From assembly GCF_009914755.1 (NCBI RefSeq), contig NC_060927.1: DNA of 64,000 nucleotides; one strand, given 5' to 3'. The DNA is from the human T2T-CHM13v2.0 reference genome, Homo sapiens. The position numbers were made by a program, and so were the translations under genes. The notes beneath the pieces are model-generated. The model did no database searches. It worked only from the letters and a program-made list of their open reading frames with translations, and was not told the origin of the DNA. This document shows positions 1 to 13,500 of the stretch, in pieces (position 1 is the first letter of the stretch; each line of letters starts with the position of its first letter).

Positions 1-93
1 CCGACCCTGTGACGGAGCCCCCTGTGACAGACCCCGTTTATGAAGCTCTTTTGTACTGCAACATCCCCAGCGTGGCCGAGCGCAGCATGGAAG
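1..93 (+). CDS. PXYLP1: PXYLP1 internal coding exon, 5'-truncated by window edge
   Basis: Frame from base 3 reads DPVTEPPVTDPVYEALLYCNIPSVAERSME. Ends at donor AAG|GTAGGC (93/94) and joins the next exon in phase 1 (G|GT = Gly). Confidence 0.93.
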
Positions 94-970
94 GTAGGCC
101 TGACTGTGCCACCAGGACAGATACCCCTTTGGGGACTAGTTATTCCAGCAGCATTGCACAGCAGTAAGGAGCAAGATGGCCAGGACCCAAGTCCTGCAGT
201 TGCCACCAGGCTGTGCCCTTGAATGAGTTCCTGGGTCCTTGCATTCTCCTCTATAAAATGGGAGTAACTCACAGGACTTATGCCTGGGACTGGGGAGGTT
301 TCAGTAACTGCTCTGAACATACCACGTGGCTCACGATCAACCCACCACAAATGTTTGCCATCATCATGATCTTTAGTGAGACAGCAGCAAGGTAGAAAGG
401 TGGCCTTGGCAGGCACTAGTGCAGCACATTGAGACACTCTGCTTTTCAGGGTAGCCTCTTGGGACTCAGGATGTCCACAGGATGTCCTGCTGGCGTCTTG
501 CCATAGAAGTGAGGCAATTTCTACAAGTTTTGCTTTTGTAAAAGTGTATCAGAGCATAGTGTTGAATCCTTATTGATCTCTTTATGCCTTCTCTGGTCTC
601 ATGAAAGATTTAAAGCAGAAATCATTGTTTCTAGTATTTCCGTGGCTCTCTCCCTGGTCTGTGCATGTGAGTGAGGCCACATTAGTAGTCATGCCCGCAT
701 TTCACCAGCCTCCCGTTGTTTCCAGGAGGTCTGGGACATAATCAGCCTACTCATGTTCCTCTGTCCCGCCTTGTAAGACTATTCAGTGGCCCCCATCCAG
801 AATGGCAGCCAGGGCCCCTTCACTGTGGTGGCTCTGCAAACCCACGGTGGCCCCTGCTGCCTCCGGCTCAGATTCCCAGCCCAAATGTGGCCAGGTCATC
901 CCCTTGGCCCCCTTCTAAAAGGATTGACACCTATTGAGTGATAACCAGACAATGTGCTTCTCTCGCGCAG

Positions 971-1097
971 GTCATGCCCCGCATCATTTTAAGCTGGTCT
1001 CAGTGCATGTGTTCATTCGCCACGGAGACAGGTACCCACTGTATGTCATTCCCAAAACAAAGCGACCAGAAATTGACTGCACTCTGGTGGCTAACAG
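971..1097 (+). CDS. PXYLP1: PXYLP1 coding exon with histidine acid phosphatase RHGxRxP motif
   Basis: Acceptor cttctctcgcgcag|G and donor CAG|GTAAAT. Encodes HAPHHFKLVSVHVFIRHGDRYPLYVIPKTKRPEIDCTLVAN, with RHGDRYP at 1018-1038. Confidence 0.96.
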
Positions 1098-1359
1098 GTA
1101 AATTGCACTTTTTCTAAAAGTCATTTTCAAGTGTCTGTTATATCCTGTAGGATAGAGAATGACAGGACCTACACTTGGTGAACCATACTGTTTGCAGGAG
1201 CCTGAGCTCAGAGCAGTCCTACATGTGAGTGCCATTATACAGTTGAAAAGATGGAGGCCCACAGAGGCGGGGACACCTGTTTGAAGCAACACAGCAGATA
1301 TACTGAGCCCAGGCCAGTCTGAGGCTCACCCTCCCACCCTGATGTTTTTCACTTTAATA

Positions 1360-1585
1360 AACAGTTGGGACACAGTACAGTGAGCACTGAGTTAAGAGTC
1401 CTCCGCCCCAGCTCACCTGCTCCATTCAGAGCAGCGGGCAAGCCCCTTAGTGTCCTCTGAGCCTCAGCCTCCTACCTCTGAAACGGGGATCACAAGGCTC
1501 CCCATGCAAAGTTGGGGCAAAGAGTAAGTGAGATGACACAGACAAATGCACGTTAGCAATTGCAGAGCCATATAAATGTAAGAAT
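1360..1585 (-). mobile_element. MIR-like SINE fragment
   Basis: MIR core-like text gcaagcccctt...tctgagcctcagcctcctacctctgaaacggggat. Strand and limits approximate. Confidence 0.5.
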
Positions 1586-3659
1586 TATTTCACCCTTCTA
1601 ATTTTTCACTGGAGTAGAGGCAGCCTGTTCTTGGTTGAAAGCCCTTAGGATGAAAAATAATTGAACAGAGTGTGGAAATTGTATGGAAATGGCATGGCTC
1701 TAAAATTAGAGGCATAGTTAGCAATAAAATATTGGGCTAGACCTCAGCAAATGTGTCTGGAGGCACATAACATTCTAGCAGAGTTTAGTGAATGAGGTCA
1801 GGAGATGAAGTGCTCAGTGGGGAAGACGTTATTTTGATGGAATGCTTCTGGGATGCCAGCCTGCCCCGGGAGGGCGAGCCTGGTGGAGCCATGGATTACC
1901 TCACTACAGCCAGGGCTGTTCTTTAAAAGTGACACTTTGTAGCTCGTCTTGCAGGGCCCCTGTCACAGTGATGCCAGGACCCTCTAATGGGGCCATTTTT
2001 GGCGCTCCCATTTGAGAGGTTCAGTTCCTAGGGACCAGTTGGCCTGGCTGCCTCTGCCCTCATTTTCCTTTGCCTAGTTTTATTTTATTGAACATTCTGT
2101 ATTTTTAGAAGCCACTTTAAATCCTTTGTGTGAAGAGGGTGGAGTATGCATAGTTACTTAATGTCATTTAATTAATTTAATCTTTAAAAACAGTAATAGT
2201 TGACTCATCATTATAAACAGGTACTTAAGAGTAAGAGTGAGCAGGAACCCCGGTGAAGGGGACCCTCTCTAGGCTGCTGACTCCCCCAGGACTGTGGGAT
2301 CTGGGTCACGAGCAATACCTGCTGTCTTCCCAGGTGCTACTTCAGCTTTAAAAATTACTAATGTTGTGATCTCCTAAAAGGTGGTGTGCCCTGGAGCATG
2401 CCCATTATTCTAGTCTAGTGAAACGGAATACTGTGGCCAGCAGGCAGGGTGCAGTGAGCTGAACCAAGCACTAGCTGGCGGTCCACAAGTTTGTTGCCCC
2501 AGGGTTTCCATCCACGATGCCACACCCTGTGACTCTCAAAGCCTTTGTAGTAGAAGCTGCCTCTTTGTGAATGCCATGTGCTTTATAAGGAAGGTGCTAT
2601 TTTAACCCTCATAGTATTACATTTAGCCAGCATTAAGGTTATTAGTTATTTATATGCCATATTTAGTAAATGCTTTTTTGCATTCATAAATATGAATTAA
2701 ATATGCTTTTCTACATCCAAGGAGGAGAAAACATCCACTTTGATCAGCATTTATTGCACAAATTTTAGTTTTATGCTTCTATCATGTGCCAGGTACCAGA
2801 AGGCAGTACACAAGCAGGCACCTACATGAAGTGAAGGGGCCAGCCCTGTGATGGTCCGGGGACAGAGCGTTCCCTATGGAGTAAGCAGCAAGTGCAGGGG
2901 GCCCGAGGCTGAAAGAACTGGGCAGGTGTGAGCCACAATAAGACCAGGGTATGGCTGGGCTGGAGCAGTGATGGAGGGAGTAGGCTTCTGAGGAGTCGAA
3001 GAAGAAAGGCCGCTTGTTGGGGCTGCCTCTGCCCTCAGGGAGCTCAGCACATTTACAGAGACAGGCCCGGTGCCCAGGACACGGCAGCCCTCAGTGAATA
3101 GCTGGCACAGGTGGCAGCAGTGGTGGCAGCATTAGAGAAAGAAGAGGAAGAAATGGAAGAAGAGCAAGAAGTAGAAATGGAAGTAGTTTGGGTGCCATAT
3201 TTGGGGGCATGAGCCAGAAGAGGGGCAGCCTGACCCCACCTGGGGCAGGGAGGGGACATGGGGTGGCAGATCAGGGAAGGCCACACAGAGAAAGGGACCA
3301 GAAAGGTGTGCAGGAGCAAGTCAGGCAGAAGCTGGTGCTGAATGGCCCCTTGGGTGGTGAGACCAACCCATGCAGTGTGAGGTGGTGGACAGCTTGGCAC
3401 ATTGGGGCCCTCAAAGTTAGTTTCACAGGCTTGAGCAGAAAGTTAGTTTCACAGGCTCAAGCGTGGAGTGGAAAACTGGGTAGGAACTAGGTTATCTGAG
3501 GCTTCGATACCCAGCAAGGGAGTATGTCCAGGCATGAAGGCAGTGAGAGAGCCGGGCAGTGAAAGGGATGAAAAGATGAAGGTCTCTGACAGCCATAGTG
3601 TGGAAGATGGATTGGAAGCTGGTGGCAGCTAGTGGTGTTATTATTAGGGTAGTGATCCA

Positions 3660-4073
3660 GAGGAGAGACTTCACTCAGAATCAGAATCCACATCCTTAAA
3701 GTGCCCCACAAGGCCTGAGTGCCCTTCCTCCACCCCTAACCCGCCTGACCTTGCCCTCCACTCTCCTCGTGCTCACTCACTGCGCTTCAGCCACAATGCT
3801 CCTAGCTCTTCCTTCCACATTCAGGCACTGTATGCTGCCTCAGGGCCTTTGCACAAACTGGTTTCTGTCTCTAGAAGGCTCTTCCCACAGAAAGCTTTAT
3901 GGCCAGTCCTCTTACCTCCTTTAAGTCTTTGCTCAAATGTCACCTTCTCAATAAAACCTACTCAGAACACTCCAGTTAAAATGACAAGGTGCTCCTCCTT
4001 CCACCCTGGTCTCCCACAGCCCCCTTAGCCTGCTCTTCTCTTTGCCACAGCATCTGTTACTTTCTAACCCAGA

Positions 4074-4111
<38 letters not shown>

Positions 4112-4270
4112 GTTCATTGTGTATTGTCTGCTTCCCCAGGCTAGAATATAACCTCCCTAAGGGCAGAGATTTTTATTTGTTTTTGTTCACTGCTGCTGCA
4201 TTCCAAGTGCTTAGGACAGTGACTGACATATGAGTGGTGGGGTGTGATTAAATGTTTGTTGAATGAATAA
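3660..4270. mobile_element. L2 LINE 3' fragment interrupted by (CA)n
   Basis: L2 3'-end-like text cctcagggcctttgcac...ctcaaatgtcaccttctca...aatgtttgttgaatgaataaatga. Confidence 0.6.
4077..4107 (+). repeat. (CA)n microsatellite
   Basis: About 15 AC units. Confidence 0.95.
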
Positions 4271-4566
4271 ATGATGGCAGCTGAAACTCAGAAGTGGCAG
4301 CAGAGATGGAGAGAGTGAGTGGGTCTTAGAGAAGGTTACAAGGTGGGATCAATAGGACTTGGTGGCAGGTTGGACAGGGGTATGAAAGGCAGGCCCGATG
4401 GGGCCCAGGTTTCTGACTGGGTGTCTGGCTGGTGGTGGTACCCCTCCCTGGAATTAGAGAACACAGAAGGGAGGTATGGGGGGAAGTTAGTACAGGCATT
4501 GGTGCTACATTTGAGCTATCATGAAACATTCAAGAGACAGTTTCTAGTCAGTAATAGGCTGTATAA

Positions 4567-4874
<308 letters not shown>

Positions 4875-6122
4875 TAGTCTGTATAATTTTGCAGCTCAGG
4901 GGCACTGGCTTGCTGGGAAAAAGAGGTTTAGTTGAGAATCTTCAGCATGTTGATGGCATTTGAAGCTGTGGGCTTATATTACAGACAGAACCTGAGGAGT
5001 GAGGGATGGGCCAAAACCAGAGTCCTGGGAAGCACCAGCATGTGGTACTCAGAGAGAAAAAGGATTTCAAAAGGGGCCAGGGATGTTGCAAATGGGGAAA
5101 AGTCAGGAGAGCAATGTTATGAGAGCTAAGGAAAGCAGGGCAATGCATTACATCAAGTAAGACCAAAAGGTCCAGAAAGCTAAAAACAAAGAAAAGTACA
5201 CTGGGCTTATCTTTTCATAATCTCATGTTATTAATATGTAAGATGATAAATTCTTTAATTGGCATGAACTTTAAAAATCTAATGTGATTCCAGTTTCCAG
5301 CTATGTATGCTCTTTTGGATTGTGTTTTCTGGTAACAGTGTCACTGGTCGTCTGCCTCTTCTGCTTGCCTTAACATTCTGTGCAGAACTCAGTCATTGCT
5401 GAGATTTTAAATAAACAATAAATGTTCTCATGGGTGTGTGGATTAGCCTTGGGGTTCAGCCTCAAACTTTGTGGCATAAATAGATGTGAATAATGCATAT
5501 AAAAGTGAAGATAAGGACTCCAAAGTGAATGACTTGAAGGCTTAAGATAGTAACACTTTTGATTATTTCAGTTTTCATTATGAAAGCAGATTTTCAATGA
5601 GCCCACAATAATATGAGTTTTTCCTAAAGAAAAATTTATTTTCATGGATATAATTATGTCTGCATTAGTCAGGGTACACCTATTTTGTAAGTTTATTTTG
5701 TAGCACAGGGACTCATGAATGCATTACCTTAAATAACAAGGAAGTTTAGCTCTTCCTCATGTGAAGGTCTGAAATGTGTGTTCCAGATTGTGCTAGTCAG
5801 CTCCACCTGGTCATTCAGGGCCCCAGGTTTCTTCCAGGTTGTTGTTTCTACCATCCCCTGGGGATGGCTACATGGTTGAACCCTGGTTGCTGCCATGCCT
5901 AAATAATGGCTGGAAGGAAGGAAGATAATGTGAACCGGGCATACACATGATCAGAAAGCCTGAACCCAGAAGTGGCATACATCTTTCCGTTCTGTTGGCG
6001 AATGCGGCTTTACCTCATTTCAGGACCTCAGAAATAGGATCTAACCAAGTTCTTAAGAAGAGAATAGATTTTAGTGTACGACTAGTACACTAGTCTCATC
6101 CACACTAGCCTTTAGTTTTAAT

Positions 6123-6422
6123 ACAGTCATCCATAGAGGATTGGTTCCAGGATCCTCCTTGGATACCAGAATCTGAGATGCTCAAGTCCCTTATGTAAAA
6201 TGGTGTTGTATTTACACAGAACCTGCGCACATTCTCCCATGTACTTTACATCATCTCTAGATTACTTATAACGCCAAACACAATGTAAATGCTGTGTAAA
6301 TAGTTGTTATTTGTATTATTTTTATTGTTGTATTGTTATTTCTTATTGGGTTTTTTCCAAGTATTTTTGGATCCACAGTTGAATCTTCCAATGCAGAATC
6401 TGAAGAGATGGAGGGCCGACTA
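6123..6422. mobile_element. MER2-like TcMar-Tigger non-autonomous DNA transposon
   Basis: TA-flanked ends cagtcatcc...gagggccgactata, with typical internal gatgctcaagtcccttat and catctctagattacttataa. Confidence 0.75.
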
Positions 6423-6716
6423 TATTTTCATCAAAATCTGAATATTTTAACAAACCGTATGGGAACTTATCGTATTCATTTCTACAGATTATGGAAGGCT
6501 TGCTATTTTCATGAAACATCCAAGGATGGGACACTTCACAGTTGAATTCACTCACATATATTTTTAGAGCATCTGCTATGTGCTAAGCACCCTCTGGGCT
6601 CCAGGGATGGAGCAGTGGACCAGGCAGACAAGGCCTGGGTAGTCAGATCCAGGTCCAGGACTCGAGTTACCTGGTCTGCTTTCCACTAAAAAGATACAGC
6701 CATTTGTTGTCAAATG

Positions 6717-7034
6717 TTTTTTTTCTTTTTCTTTTTCTTTTTTTTTTTTTTTTTTTTGAGACAGGGTATCTCTTTGTCACCCAGGCTAGAGTACAGTAGT
6801 ACAATCACAGCTCACTGCAGCCTCGACCTCCTGGACTCATGTGATCCTCCTGCTTTAGCCTCCTGAGTGGCTGAGACTATAGGCCTGCGCCACCATGCCT
6901 GGCTAGTTTTTGTATTTTTTGTAGAGACATGGTCTCACTATGTTGGCCAGTCTCAAACTCCTGGCCCCAAGCAGTCCTCCCACCTCGGCCTCCCAAAATG
7001 CTGGGATTACAGGCATGAGCCACCATGCCCGGCC
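6717..7034 (-). mobile_element. Alu (AluJ-like)
   Basis: Poly-T, then gagacagggt...tcacagctcactgcagcctcgacctcc...atgcccggcc. Confidence 0.93.
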
Positions 7035-8906
7035 TGTTAGCTATTCTTTAAATGAAGTTTTTCTTCCACAAATCTTCATCTTTGCATGCCAAAAACAAAC
7101 AACACAACAACAACAACAAAAAAAAACAAAAATAAAAAACATTGGAATGAATGCAGTTAGATATCATTAAGCAGTCAGATGCCCTGAAAACCTGGGTCAC
7201 CTCAGCAAACACTTCCAGTCATGAAATTCCATTTCTAAAATTGGCAGCAAAGCTTTCTCAGATCCTCAAAAAAAGCTCCAACCTGAAATAATGGCCTGGT
7301 GCAGAACATTTGACTCCTGTTGATGGATAGCCTTTGTTTATGTGGATTACTCTTGGCAGCCTCATTGTCAGTCTGGACATTTTATTTCCCAGTTTGCAAA
7401 CATTTATGTGCTTTAGCCTCAGGCAAAATAACGTACCCTGTTTTTGTGGAAAGGCATAACTCCCTTTAGCTATCCAGGGTGATTTATTAGACTATATTAC
7501 ATGTCTGGATTAGTATTCTCTAATTTAAAAACGTATTTTTAAAAGATGGATTTTTTTTTTAGCTTTATGTTGTTGATAGATAATAAACCCATTTTGGCAG
7601 CCATTTTTAAAGCACTTTCAAAGTTAACTGGGCCTTCAGACAGCAGGGGTTTGCCATTAGAACAGTTTATCTTTGCTTCTTTTCATGCTGATTCTTATAG
7701 AGTTTAGGCATGAACTACTCTATCTGTCCACTTCTCTTCAGCTGGAAAATGTATATACATTCATAGGCTACTTCATTATTCAAAGAAAAGATGTTTATAT
7801 TCATAGGTCATTTCATTATTCAGGGTAATTGTATATTAGTGACTAGAAAGATTTACCACATATACTTTGTGGCAGAAATATAGATACTCTCAGATCTCAT
7901 ATATAAACTTTTTTTGACATTTATTATTACCCTATATTAAATGAGAGGTTGTATGTCCAAAACGTGGAGTGGATTGTAAAGAGGTATAGAGATCCTGGTT
8001 ATCTTATTCAGTTAACAATTTTCCTAAAGGGGGATTTTTCAGAGGTCAGAAAAATTAAGGATTATGGGTGACCTTGATAAAGGATAGGGTAGATTTTCTA
8101 GGAGGAAGGGATAGCTCGTGGGAAGTGGTGGAAGTGTTGAAGAATGAGGTGCGTTGTGTGTTGGAGGAAAGAAGGCCTTTGGCTTGGCGTGGCCAGAGCA
8201 CAGTATTAGGGTAGAGAGGGCCAGTGAGTACCAGGGCGAGGCCAGAATAGAGGGACAGGCTGTGTGTGGCCCCTTCCAGAAGGTGGTGATAGGGAAGGGC
8301 AGTGACTGGTCAGAGTTACCTTTTAAATCAATCCTTCTGGTGGTGGAGAAGGCAAGATTATTAGAGGGGCATGCTTAATCAGCAAGAAGACCAATAAAGA
8401 GCCCATTGCCAGCCAGACAAAAGCTGCCTGAGGCCAGAACCTAGGTAGTAGCTGTGAGGATGAAGGAGAAGGGGATGGAGAAGCACCAGGAGAAAGAATC
8501 TGCAAGACATGGGGAGCAGACAGCATGTGCAGGGGCAGGGAATGGAGAGAGTGGGACGATGCCCAGCCTAGGCGTGACTGCTGGGTGGGTGTTGGCGGCC
8601 TCCCGGAGAGCGAGCCCGGAAGGCAGCACAGGTTGGGGAGCCGGAAGATAGACGGCGAAGCTGAATCCCACAGTACTGAGTTCAGCAGAGGTTAGGAACT
8701 CTGGCCAACCTCACAGAGGGGATTTCATGTGTCAGTGTCAGTGGTCGAGAAATAATGAAATTGGAACTGAAAAGTGATTGAGCCGGTACCTGTTACTGTG
8801 GGTGCAAAAGGCTGCGATACACGTGGGATTTGGCTCGCTGAAGCTGGAAACTGTTTGGATTCTTGTGGAGCACTCTGACCTCTAACTCTCTCTATCATCT
8901 CTCTAG

Positions 8907-9046
8907 GAAACCGTATCACCCAAAACTGGAAGCTTTCATTAGTCACATGTCAAAAGGATCCGGAGCCTCTTTCGAAAGCCCCTTGAACTCCTTGCCTCTT
9001 TACCCAAATCACCCATTGTGTGAGATGGGAGAGCTCACACAGACAG
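8907..9046 (+). CDS. PXYLP1: PXYLP1 coding exon (140 nt)
   Basis: Polypyrimidine acceptor ctctctatcatctctctag|G and donor CAG|GTATGT. Encodes KPYHPKLEAFISHMSKGSGASFESPLNSLPLYPNHPLCEMGELTQT; GELT matches the family GxLT motif. Phases match both neighbours. Confidence 0.95.
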
Positions 9047-10204
9047 GTATGTGTGACCCCCATGCGCTCAGGGGTTCCCCCACCCGCTCTTCTGCTTGCA
9101 TACCTTCCGAGCAGTTCTCCTGGGCGGGGTGCTGTGCAGCTCAGAGGGGGTAAGCAAGGACTGGCTCTGCAAGGAGCTCGGTCACCAGGGCCTCTAAATA
9201 AACATCAGAGTTCTCAAAACTAAATAGAACCTTTCTCCTTCTTACAAAAACAATACGTGTTCATGAAAATAATTTAGGAAAGACAAGTAAAAAGAAGAAA
9301 AAGTTTAAGCAACCGTAATTCCACCACAGAAATAGACCCTTAAGAGTAACCCTTCTTCCTGTGCTTATGCACACACACACATCTTACTAAACACACTATT
9401 TCATAACCCACTTTTCCACTCAACAACACATTTTGTTAATATTTCCCTATGAATAACTGTTTATCCACTACATCATTTATGATAGCGCCATATTCTTTCA
9501 CTCTGGATGGGCAATTGATCATTTATTTAACTAATCTCATGTTCTCAGATATTTCTAACAAAACTTCTAATAGGTTTTCATGTACAAGATCTCAGGGAGG
9601 AAAATGCATGGCACATTTCTACTGCATGTGGAGTTTGTTTGGCTGAGCTGAGTTCTCACAGAAGCACAGCTTTCCCTCCGCAGCCCTAGTCAGACCATGT
9701 GCAGTCAGTTCACCATCAGGGTAGGTTGGTGAGTTAACTGTGGAGTCACCTTTGCTGGGAATAGAGGAACAGGTGGTCCTTCAAGAGGTTTCAGTTTTCT
9801 GATTCTTCAATCTGGAACCTCAGAGGACCTTTGCCTGGTCACCAGCCTTTATGGGTGAATTGGGAAGACCCATTGGCCATGTTCTGTCTTCATCTTGCAT
9901 CAGCATCTTAGGACTTCAGCAGGGATGGAGGGAAGGTCTCCATCCTATAGTAGGCCCTCTTAGGTTTTGCCATTATTATTGGGGAAATGATATTGGATAG
10001 ACAGAGTGGAACAAGCTGAAGCCTCTGGAGGACTAGCCGTGGATAAGGAGTTGTGTCAAAAGCCTTTGGCAATTAGTTCCACATGCATTACTTTAGAACG
10101 AGGGTTTTCATCCTAGCAGATCCAACACCCCCTTTGATTACACAATTAACTATTTTGCAATCTCCCTCAACTATCATGAAGTGAAATTTAAATATAATGT
10201 AACC

Positions 10205-10512
10205 AGCCAGGCATGGTGCCTCATGCCTGTAATCCCAGCACTTTGGGAGGCTGAGGCAGGATAATCGTTTGAGCCTGAGGGTTCGAGAGCAGTCTGAGCA
10301 ACATAGTGGAACCCCATCTCTACAAACAATTTTTTAAAATTAGCCAAGTGTGGTGGCATGTGCCTGTAGTCCCAGCTACTCAGGTGGCTGAGGCGGGAGG
10401 ACCACTTGAGCCCGGGAGGTCAAGGCTGCAGTGAACCATGATCATGCCACTGCACTCCAGCCTGAGTGACAAAGTGAGGCCCTGTCTCAATGAATGAATG
10501 AATGAATGAATG
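10205..10512 (+). mobile_element. Alu (AluJ-like) with (TGAA)n tail
   Basis: Dimer with J diagnostics (gagcccgggaggtcaaggctgcagtga). Tail converted to TGAA repeats; flanked by aatgtaa on both sides. Confidence 0.93.
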
Positions 10513-13500
10513 TAATCTTTCTATGCAGTTAATTACTTAAAAGTTATACCAGGGTCCCCAGCGATAACAAATGAAAAGAAACTAATTTACTACCTAATTA
10601 TATGTGTCTCTGTATAAATGCTTAAGAACAGCTACACTAGAAAATAGAATGAAATCTTCAAATGCTTGTACCTAAATGTGACTCTGACAACTACAAATGC
10701 AGATGATTGATGGATGCTGTATTGTTGACTCTTAATACCACATGTCAGGACATGGTTTTTCTGAAGTTCTGATCAAAACAAAATATAGATGTTCCTTAGT
10801 TTATATTGTATTTCTGGAAAATTCAGTGAACATTAATATTATACAAAAATGGTTTTGTGTTCTAGACACAAAAACAGAATTAGATTCTACAGTCTAAAGT
10901 ATTCAAATATGTTTTGCACGTGATGGAATGTCTCATGCTGCATTCAAAAGTTGTGTGGGACAGAGACACGTGTCCCTTCTGGAGACCAGCCCCCCAGCCC
11001 CTACCCACTAGGTGCCAGGAATGCCTTTCCCCATACTATTGTGATAACTCCACCCCCAAGCCCTCTCTGAAGGCAGTAGCACTCTTGCTGAGAACTGCTG
11101 CTTAGATTCTCTGGTTAAAAATAACAGAAAACACCTCAAGCAAAAAAAGGAAATTTATTATAAGAATTCAGGAATGACTCACAGACTCTAAGATCAAGAG
11201 TGTGACCAGACCTCTAGAGACTGGAACCAGGAATAAAAAAGCTGTCTTGTCCCTGCCTCTCTCTCTAATTTTTTGTTGTGTCTGTCAACAAAATTACAGT
11301 CCCAGCCACACACACAGATGAACTTGCAAATCCAAATTCTTGAGAGAGGGAGAATCCTTGAGGTCCTAGGGGTTAGCATCCATCAGCCCTGGCTAACAGG
11401 TCAGGGTGACTGTGCAGAGAACAGGAGGTGAGGGCGCCAGTCTCTGGATCCAGGAGCTGCTACCTGAGAAGAGGCTGGGGGGTTGGCCCTCACACACCTA
11501 ATCATTCATTCAGATCTTTCTTCTCAATTCATCTATCATCATCATCGTTTCTAAATTAGTGTTACTCTAGAAATCATTTTTGTAATACTGTCTGCTCCTG
11601 TTTCCTCATTCTCTTTTAATGGTCATTTTTATTTCTATTTTAAATATCATGAAAAATGCATGGCTGTTATAATCATCTTTTGTCCCTGGTGCACTTACGG
11701 CACCCTACAGTAACTATGTAAGGTAAGATTGCTCATGAGTGCCTACCCTGTTGAAGATGCTTTGGCAGCTGCTGAGTGTGAGAGGGTAGCAGGATGAATA
11801 GGACCCTCCTGCCTGTCCTAAAGAAGGCTGCAACTGCAGCACACAATGTGCGTGGAGACAACTGCCTGTAATGCCAGATACTGCAGGGCCTTAGAGAGTA
11901 AACACAGGCCTTGGAGTCAGACAGACCTGTAGCATGGGGAGGAGCCTGTCTTCCCAGTGGCTGGTGGTGAATTTGATGAGGTAGCATGTGTAGAGTGCCT
12001 AGTGCAGTGCCGGCATATGAGAGGCTCCCAATAAATGCAGCTGATGTTGTCATGGTCCAGCAGCATATGGGAAGAGGAAGGAATTATTAACTTGACCAGG
12101 GAGAAGAAGAAGGAAAGCACTACAGAGCAGGTAGTGTTGGAGCTTGGAGCCAGGCCCTGGGAGGATTTCCCTAGGGAGAGAAAGGGGAACGGTATGAACA
12201 AAGCCATGAAGATGCAGGCTATGTTTGGCAAGTATAAGAAGCCCTAAATAGCTAGAACTTTGTATTTCGGCATGAAAATGTAAGGGTCTAAGAGCATAAA
12301 ATTAGGACCAGATGGGGTCTTGGGTTTTAGCTCTGCCACTTTTTAACTGTAAATGGTTCAGGGCCTTTGTTTCTTCATCTATAAAATAAGGAAAATATAA
12401 AATATAATAATATACCTTCTTCATTGGGTTTTTGTGAGGATTAAATGGGAAAGGCCTGGCACACAGTAAGCACTCTAACTTTATGTGGCCTAACCAAATA
12501 AAATAGGCCCCGCAGTGAACTAGGGTGAGACACGGAATCTAATGTTTGTCTCTCACGGTTTGCATGTTTTTTTGCAAAGCGTCTTGGAAGTGCTAAATCC
12601 TGTTCCAGCCTTTAGTTCCTGGGTTCCTGGGGGAGTTCTGTTCTCAATACTCTTCATGCACAGTAGGACCCAGACATCCTTTGTGGGTTTTGCTGAGCTG
12701 TTCCCTTTCCCAGGGGAACATATTTCCCTCTGTCTCACAATTTTCAGCTGAAGTTGTCTCATCTTTGCAGTGGGACTTTTCATACTGTTTGGACATCTGA
12801 ATAAATGGTGTCACTGGTCACAGGGCCTGTGTGTAGAACTCATGCCCATGACAGATTGTGTCCCGTTACCTCCTACTACAGGATGAGAGTGAGCTTGTTT
12901 TTGTCTTGGGTTGCCTTCTTCTGCTTAAAGATAAGGCTTTTTCCAATGTTAAAAGTTAATTTATTATCATACCATGATAGTTCAAAACTAAAACAGTACT
13001 AAGAAGTAAACTTTAAATTCTTGCTTCTACCCATGTTCCATCCACCTCATTTTTGTACCTCCGTCACCCCCAGGGAACCATTGAGATTAGTTTCTTATAC
13101 AACTTTCCAAAGTTTCTTTATGCAAAACTCAGGCAGCTGCAAATACATATTCTTATTTTTCCCTCTCTTTCTTTTTAAAGGAGCATAATCAACATACTGT
13201 TCTACACTTGGCTTTTTTCCAGTATTCTATCTGGGTATCAGGAGATTGTTCCATATCATACAGAGAATGCATGTGTGTTGACGAGTCTGTAAAGCCCCCA
13301 GGATCAGGCAGAACGTACCCAGCAGGTTATCAGAGAACATTCGGTTGGCAGGCTGGGGAGGATGGGGTCAAGGAGGGGACTCTCCAGCAGTGAGGAGACA
13401 GCAGCAAGCAGGGAATCTGCAGTCAGCCTTCGCCTGAGCGGTTTCACTGAGCACTCGCTGCACACTGAGGAATGCTGGACAGGAGGGAAAAACCTCTCCT

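Noticed and set aside
3053-3400. Ser/Ala-rich ORF and acidic GAA-rich tract at ~3134-3186
   Set aside because: Intronic low-complexity purine tract; no splice signals or family similarity.
8863-9153. 96-aa ORF as a standalone gene
   Set aside because: Only 8907-9046 is exon; the flanks are intronic read-through.
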